A stretch of 64,000 nt of DNA from Octopus vulgaris. Its lineage: Eukaryota. The stretch's first letter is position 1. Every line of letters begins with the position of its first letter. This document shows positions 56,463-64,000 of the stretch, one piece after another. A program made the translations under genes and the position numbers. The notes below the pieces were generated by a model. That model had not been told where the DNA came from. It ran no database searches and was given only the letters and a program-made list of their open reading frames with translations. The stretch covers positions 74,214,001-74,278,000 of the forward strand of contig OX597830.1 of NCBI GenBank assembly GCA_951406725.2, in the 5' to 3' direction.

Positions 56463-56528
56463 CACACGCATACATATATATATTTTGGTTTTCATGTCTA
56501 TATATATGTGTACATATATACATATTTA

Positions 56529-56577
<49 letters not shown>

Positions 56578-56961
56578 GTATATGTATGTATGTGCGCATT
56601 AAGTATGCATCACATGAACTCGCAGAGACATGCAGCAGCATAAAACTAAAACAAAGACAGATACAACTGTATCTTTCGAACTGAGCACGCAAAGGGCAAA
56701 ACTGTTATCCAACCTCGTGGAATATCATACTTTAAGACGTATCTAACGAATGGATACCTCATTGTATGTATGTCAACGGGTAGTTTTTGTATGTAGGACT
56801 ACCTCTCTTTTTGGTGTCGTAATACAGGTGATGATATGTAAACTTTTATATCTCTATATAATCATATTAATGTATGTATACAGACGTACACACTCATACA
56901 CACACATATGTGCATGGAAATATATATATACACATAGATTTATATACATATAATATATATG

Positions 56962-57033
<72 letters not shown>

Positions 57034-57888
57034 TGTGTGTGTGAGTATGTGTGTGTGTGTGTGTGTGTGTTTGTGTGTGACAACTAAGTTATTCGAGCGT
57101 TGAACCACGAGTTTCACTAGGGCTTTTGAACCCAGACTATTGCAGTAATTAGTCCTCATTTCAGACGGGATTCGTGGGTCCGTTGTTATAGTGTAGTGCC
57201 GTCTAGTTCAAAAACTATATCAGTTTTGATATCGAATTTGGTGTCACCCACCCTACTATGATCTTCAATAGGAAAGACATAGTTCCTTTAATCTCCCTCA
57301 TTATATCAGCTTTTCCATTCATTCAATCGTCCTCGTATAGCACTACTAAAATACCTCAAGTCACGCTATTAATTTGACAGTTGGATAGCCATATATGGGG
57401 TGGGGCAAGTAGTCCGGACAGCACCAGTATAGTTTACTGGCTCCTTGTTCTGAAACGTCTCAGAATCCAATCCAGCCTTGGGCATGAAAGGATGTGTCAT
57501 GGCTTACACCAACCTCCTGATCACGGACTCTGGGATGGCCGCTCTGTTTGTTCCAAAGAATCTTTATTGCGGTATGTTAGCGCTAAATACCTGACAGAGG
57601 AAGGCTTAAATTTTCTTGCATTTAATTGGTTCTATATAACCTAGTTTTTTTAAAAACTTCTAGATGTTTTCATGGTTTGAATGCAACCATGCTGAAGCAC
57701 AGCCAACAAGAGTTTTAGTCGAATAGCTCAACCTCAGTACTTATTCCGTATATATTCTGTCAGTTTCTTATGCTGAACGACTAAGTTTCGGGAAAGTAGG
57801 TTTCGGCACCATGGGCAATTGTCTTCTACCACAGCCTCGGGCCGACGAAAGTGAATTTGGTTGACGGAAACTGAAAGAAGGCCGTCGT

Positions 57889-57949
<61 letters not shown>

Positions 57950-58431
57950 CGTGTGCGTATGTGTGTGTGTGTGTGTGTGATGTGTGTGTGATGTGTGTGT
58001 GTGTGTGTGTGTATGTTTACGTGTCTGTGTTTGTCACCCAAACATCAACTGACAACCGATGCTGGTGTGTTTACGGTTCAGCAAAAAGAGACCGATATAA
58101 TAAGTACTAGGTAAACAACGAAATAAGTCCTGATTTGCTCGACTAATGTGTGTGATGTTGTTGGGCTTACTTTCCTATTCAGTGTGTAGATGTCCAGGAT
58201 CGGTAGTGCATTGCTTTCTTTCATCTCATTTAAAGCATGACAAGCGTCAATGAAGTCTGAAATAAACAGGTCAGAATATAACAGCAGGCACAGCTATAAT
58301 CTGCTGGAATTCATTGTCTGAATTGATGCAACATCTAAAACAAGCAGGTTCGCCCGTCAACATCATTAGACCGATATTATGTGCATATTCAAAACCTTTC
58401 CCGCACACAAATTTAAAACATATGTGTGTGT

Positions 58432-58472
<41 letters not shown>

Positions 58473-58537
58473 GGCGCGTGGATTATTTGTTAGGGCATTC
58501 GGCTCACGATCGTAACGTCGTGAGTTCAAATCTATCC

Positions 58538-58613
<76 letters not shown>

Positions 58614-58927
58614 CGCTCTCTCTCTCTCTATATATATATATAGGTACGTATGTATCGTATACACTCCCTACACACACACACACACACACACGCACACACA
58701 TATATATATATATATGTGCTCCAGCATGGCCACAGTCAAATGACTGAAACAAGTAAAAGAGAAAGAGAAATATATATATATATATATATAGGACAAAGCA
58801 ACAAGAATGGATCAATTTTTCGGTACAATTGTTTCGTACGAAGACATCTTTAATAAGGCTACAAAAATTGCAGTAAATATAGGAGACCCGTATATATATA
58901 TATGCATATGCATATGTATAGTATATA

Positions 58928-60259
58928 TTGGGTTGGCAAGAAACTAATTTCGTTTTTTACGAATAGATAGTTACGATTTTTGAATGACTTTTGCCAAAGT
59001 TGTGATTTTTTTTCCACTTGACATTTATTAGCCGTTACCTTTAACTTACTGTAGCAGCAAATTGCGCGCGATTTTGCTCACAACTGTTATTCCATTGTCA
59101 ATTTTAACATGGAACATTTTCACCATATAAGGAACATTTTCACCATATTTTGCTTTTATTGTTTCCGTAAAGGTAAGGAAGCCGCCGAGGCTCACAAAGA
59201 GATATGTGAAGTTTATGCTGTTGATTGCTTAAGAGAACACACATGTCAGAAATGGTTTTTAAAAAATCCAATCAGGAGATTTCGCACTCAAAGATTACCA
59301 ACGTTGTGCTTGACCTATGCATATTTATATATCTGATAGCTGAGTTAGACATGGCTTACAACAGAAGGCCCTGTACATCCACAATCAAAGATAAACAGCC
59401 AGAATTGACAAGACTAGACCACATAAGTTGATGATGAGCAAATCAAAGCCATAATTGAATCTGATTGACATATAATTGTGCGAGTGGTGAAATGTATCAC
59501 ACACAACAATTGAAAATCTCTTAAAATATCTTGAACTCGTTAAGAAGCTCCATTTGTGTTTCACATAAATTCGAATCAACATTTGTGATAAGCATCTCAA
59601 ACACAATGATAGCGATCCTTTTTTTAAACGAATCATCACTGGTGATGAAAAATGGATTTTCTACAATAAAATTAATCGAAAACGATCATGGTTCAAGCCT
59701 AATAAACAAGAAAAAAACACATGGAAAACTAAACTGCATAAAAAATTATCATGCTGTCAATTTGGTGAGATTAGAAAGGTGCTGTGTATTTTGAGCTGCT
59801 TCCAAGGAACCAAACGATCAATTCAGATGTTTTCTGTCAACAATTAATGGAAGTGGAGGAAGCAATCAAAGAAAAACGGTCAGAATTGACAAATCGCAAA
59901 GGAACCGTGTTCCACCATGACAAGGCTAGACCACACACGTTTTTGGTAAATCATAAAAAATTATTGGTGTTTAGTTGGCAAGTGATGTCACATCCGTCAT
60001 ATAGACCTGATCTTACAGCATCAGAGTATCATTTACTTCGAAGTTAGAAAAATGCTTTGATTAGTTAAACGTTCAATAATGATGACGACCTTAAATCGTA
60101 CTTGCTTCAGTTTCTGGCTGAAGAGGAATCGCGAAGTTGCCAGAAAGATGGCAAAAAGTCATTGAGCAAAATGGAAATATATAATTTATTAAACTTCATT
60201 CTTACCTTGAAAAAATGCCTCATTTCACACTAATTAAACCGAAATTACATTCTTGCCAG

Positions 60260-60264
<5 letters not shown>
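58928..60264 (+). mobile_element. mariner transposon, full length, decayed transposase
   Basis: TIRs TTGGGTTGGCAAGAAACTAATTTCG / CGAAATTACATTCTTGCCAGCCCTA, TA TSD; FRKGKEAAEAHKEICEVY, RIITGDEKW, FHHDKARPH, HPSYRPDLTASEYHLLRS. Confidence 0.93.
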
Positions 60265-60297
<33 letters not shown>

Positions 60298-60335
60298 TAT
60301 ATATATATAACGTACCTCATTGGCCTTGTATGTTA

Positions 60336-60418
<83 letters not shown>

Positions 60419-60848
60419 TATACATATATACGTATATATACATATATACGTATATATACGTATATATACATATATGTATATATATGTAAATATATATATA
60501 TATGTATATATATATTTACATATATATACATATATATACATATGTGTGTGTGTGTGTATGTATGTCTTATATATATATACGTACATACGCACACAAGCTC
60601 GCACACTAGCGCATATTTCCATACGTATATTTATAGAAGATAAACAAGAATATTATAGACAGTAACTTCTAAGTTTATATGCAGAAACATCGAAGTCAGT
60701 GTCAATAATATTCTTATTAAGATTAATAATATCAGATAAATTTAAAATTGCTGTTATTACAGCTGAACATAAAAAACAAACATTATTTTATGAAAAGGTG
60801 TGTATATATACACATATATAAAATAACGTTTGTTTTTTGTTATAAAAC

Positions 60849-60893
<45 letters not shown>

Positions 60894-60992
60894 TCAAGAA
60901 TGCTTATTTCTATCAAAGTTGGACTCCGGGCATGACAGACCCTGTAATTCACATATGCAAAACCGATAACGAATACGAAGTCTGGCGGTTAT

Positions 60993-61103
60993 CTGTGAAC
61001 ATCATGTTTCTGGATTATAAACATATTGAATATATATTCCATATATTTTTGATATATATTTCATATATATTGCATATATATTTAACATCCTTCTTCAGCA
61101 CAG
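60993..61103 (-). ncRNA. type I hammerhead (left arm copy)
   Basis: Reverse complement of 61726-61836. Confidence 0.65.
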
Positions 61104-61725
61104 CTTTCCATTGAAAAGATTTATCATAGATTTATCAAATGCTACGTACCTCAAACCTTCTGACCATGCGACATCAAAATATTTGAAGAAAGTGAGCAAG
61201 GCTAAACCTACATAGACGTTTGAATTCATAAATCTTCCTCCAAAATTTTGCCATGCGCATCACAAAAATAGTTCCGTAAGATGGGGAACAATTAGGTTGT
61301 CAAAGGGAGTGAAAAATCCAAATAGTAATATAATGATAAGAGTAAATAATTTCTATAAAGGCTTTTAAAAAACCAATTATTTACTGGTAGAATTCGGTAT
61401 GTAAATATAGCCGATTACCGGCATACCGAATTCTACCAGTAAATAATTGGGTTTTTTTTAAAAGCCTTTATAGAAATTATTTACTCTTATCATTATATTA
61501 CTATTTGGATTTTTCACTCCCTTTGACAACCTAATTGTTCCCCATCTTACGGAACTATTTTTGTGATGCGCATGGCAAAATTTTGGAGGGAAGATTTATG
61601 AATTCAAACGTCTATGTAGGTTTAGCCTTTGCTCACTTTCTTCAAATATTTTGATGTCGCATGGTCAGAAGGTTTGAGGTACGTAGCATTTGATAAATCT
61701 ATGATAAATCTTTTTCAATGGAAAG

Positions 61726-61836
61726 CTGTGCTGAAGAAGGATGTGAAATATATATGCAATATATATGAAATATATATCAAAAATATATGGAATATATATT
61801 CAATATGTTTATAATCCAGAAACATGATGTTCACAG
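61726..61836 (+). ncRNA. type I hammerhead with long AU-rich stem II (right arm copy)
   Basis: CUGUG-CUGAAGA-A-GGAU...AUCC-A-GAAAC-AUGAU-GUU-CACAG; predicted cleavage after 61831. Confidence 0.7.
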
Positions 61837-62124
61837 ATAACCGCCAGACTTCGTATTCGTTATCTGTTTTGCATATGTGAATTACAGGGTCTGTCATGCC
61901 CGGAGTCCAACTTTGATAGAAATAAGCATTCTTGACTGCTATTTCTATTTTTTCGGTATGCGGTCAAGCAACCTGTTTTGCCTGTCCCTTTTTCTTATAT
62001 ACAATATATATACTGAACTTTACAGAAGTTCCTGCCGGTAATCGGCTATATTTACATACCGAATTCTACCAGTAAATAATTGGGGTTTTTTTAAAAGCCT
62101 TTATAGAAATTATTTACTCTTATC

Positions 62125-62262
<138 letters not shown>

Positions 62263-62263
62263 C

Positions 62264-62557
62264 GAAGGCGCATGGCTCAGTGGTTAGAGTGTCGAGCTTA
62301 TGATCGTGAGGTTGTTAGCTCGAATCCCGGACCGGGCTGCGTGTTGTGTTCTTGAACAAGACACTTTATTTCACGTTGCTCCAGTTAACTCAGCTGTAGA
62401 AATAAGTTGCGACGTCACTGGTGGCGTGCAGAGGGGAGGCCGGTATGCATGGGCGAGTGCTGGTCTTCCATAAAACCACCTTGCCCAGACTTGTGACTAG
62501 GAGGGTAACTTTCTAGGTGCAATCCCATGGTCAGTGTCGTGACCAAAGGGGGTCCCA
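62264..62557 (+). mobile_element. tRNA-derived SINE, family D
   Basis: A box TGGCTCAGTGG, B box-like AGCTCGAATCC, GTGTTCTTGAACAAGACACTT central block. Confidence 0.8.
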
Positions 62558-62720
62558 GATATATATATATGTATATATTTTTGAGCGTTAGACGATATAC
62601 CAGAAAACCCTATTTTGTCGGGTACGTTCTGAGTCTGCGCAGTGATTTGAATAGTTTAGAAAGAGCAATTTAATAGACGCATGTGCCTCTATTGTTGTGC
62701 GCTTCCCATAATAACAGGAA

Positions 62721-62793
62721 TCTTACTGAAGAGCCTACCTGAGTAAATAAATATTATTTTTATTGCTGAAATAGGCGAAACTGCAGTCTAAGA
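62721..62793 (+). ncRNA. type I hammerhead ribozyme (unit 1)
   Basis: UCUUA-CUGAAGA-GCCUA...UAGGC-GAAAC-UGCA-GUC-UAAGA; all core nucleotides canonical; predicted cleavage after 62788. Confidence 0.9.
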
Positions 62794-63124
62794 AGAACTA
62801 AGTTTGTAAAAGTTTTTAATTTTCATCTCATTAAATTTATCCAGCTTTTGTGTATCTAGTACACACTTCGCCTTTTAATGTACTTATATATGAATAATAT
62901 ATGGCGTGTCCTAGAACACCAGCGATAATAAGTAATTTTATTGTATCGCATTTGACTTTGTTTACGTATTTTCTCGATAAATGTTTGAGCCTTAGACGAT
63001 ATACCAGAAAACCCTATTTTGTCAGGTACGTTCTGAGTCTGCGCAGTGATTTGAATAGTTTAGAAAGAGCAATTTAATAGACGCATGTGCCTCTATTGTT
63101 GTGCGCTTCCCATAATAACAGGAA

Positions 63125-63197
63125 TCTTACTGAAGAGCCTACCTGAGTAAATAAATATTATTTTTATTGCTGAAATAGGCGAAACTGCAGTCTAAGA
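63125..63197 (+). ncRNA. type I hammerhead ribozyme (unit 2)
   Basis: Identical to 62721-62793; predicted cleavage after 63192. Confidence 0.9.
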
Positions 63198-63369
63198 AGA
63201 ACTAAGTTTGTAAAAGTTTTTAAATTTCATCTCATTAAATTTATCCAGCTTTTGTGTATCTAGTACACACTTCGCCTTTTAATGTACTTATATATGAATA
63301 ATATATGGCGTGTCCTAGAACACCAGCGATAATAAGTAATTTTATTGTATCGCATTTGACTTTGTTTGC

Positions 63370-63422
<53 letters not shown>

Positions 63423-63435
63423 TAGATAGATATAT

Positions 63436-63466
<31 letters not shown>

Positions 63467-63534
63467 TAGACAGATATGTATGTATGTATATATGTATATA
63501 TATGTATATATACATACATATACACATATATGTA

Positions 63535-63680
63535 TATATTTTTCCCTCTCAATCTTTTTGGGCGAAGAGCGTAGGCTCGAAGCGTAAATGACTTTTCTAT
63601 TCAACGCGATCGTTAAACTAATACACCTGCTCATTGTTCATACACCTGTCGTGGTCTTTTCTTTTCTGTAAATTTGAACT
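63535..63680 (+). mobile_element. decayed copy of the minimal-hammerhead repeat
   Basis: GAAGAGCGTAGGCTCGAAGCGTAAA at 63564-63588 matches the 3305/35755 family. Confidence 0.55.
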
Positions 63681-63785
63681 ATATATATACCAATATACTT
63701 TATAAATCTATATATGCATATATATATATGCATATGCACACATTTACATCTGTCTGTGTGTGTGTTCGAACGTATATTTATGTAT

Positions 63786-64000
63786 ACTCTTTACTCTTTT
63801 ACTCTTTTACTTGTTTCAGTCATTTGACTGCGGCCATGCATGAGCACCGCCTTTAGTCGAGGAACTCGACCCCGGGACTTATTCTTTGTAAGCCCAGTAC
63901 TTATTATATCAGTCTCTTTTTGCCGAACCGCTAAGTGACGGGGACATAAACACACCAGCATCGGTTGTCAAGCAATGCTAGAGGGACAAACACAGACACA
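63786..64000 (-). mobile_element. SINE family B, 3' half (runs off the window)
   Basis: Reverse complement of the family B tail. Confidence 0.9.

Larger units (their letters stand above)
62580..63372 (+). mobile_element. retrozyme-like head-to-tail dimer of a 404-bp unit, inserted in (TA)n
   Basis: Unit starts TTGAGC at 62581 and 62985; about four substitutions by eye; one intact hammerhead per unit; no ORF. Confidence 0.85.

Overview
AT-rich, microsatellite-saturated animal DNA with no recognisable intact host gene. Almost all entries in the ORF track are translations of (TA)n, (TATG)n, (TATC)n, (CA)n or triplet repeats. The SINE repertoire looks like an Octopus (coleoid cephalopod) genome (inference from repeat families). 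Ordinary content: four tRNA-headed SINE families (more than 30 copies), two full-length decayed mariner transposons plus mariner fragments and a MITE, a Chapaev3-like 5' fragment, a non-autonomous Helitron, two CR1-like and two RTE-like LINE 3' fragments (one ending in three C2H2 zinc fingers), and a 100-N gap. Main signal: many short inserts, most within or abutting (TA)n tracts, carry type I hammerhead ribozyme (HHR) motifs (stem I - CUGANGA - stem II - GAAA - short palindromic stem III - NUH - stem I). There are about ten intact or near-intact motifs and several decayed ones, from several unrelated sequence families. They include a young head-to-tail 404-bp dimer with one canonical HHR per unit (62580-63372, retrozyme-like, predicted 404-nt self-excised monomer or circle) and a ~1.24-kb element made of a ~510-bp-arm palindrome plus a 633-bp tandem period, with an HHR in each arm (60894-62128). 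Together they suggest a diverse (TA)n-targeting, ribozyme-bearing Penelope-like/retrozyme system. All structures were read by eye; no folding software or database search was run, and boundaries of decayed elements are approximate.
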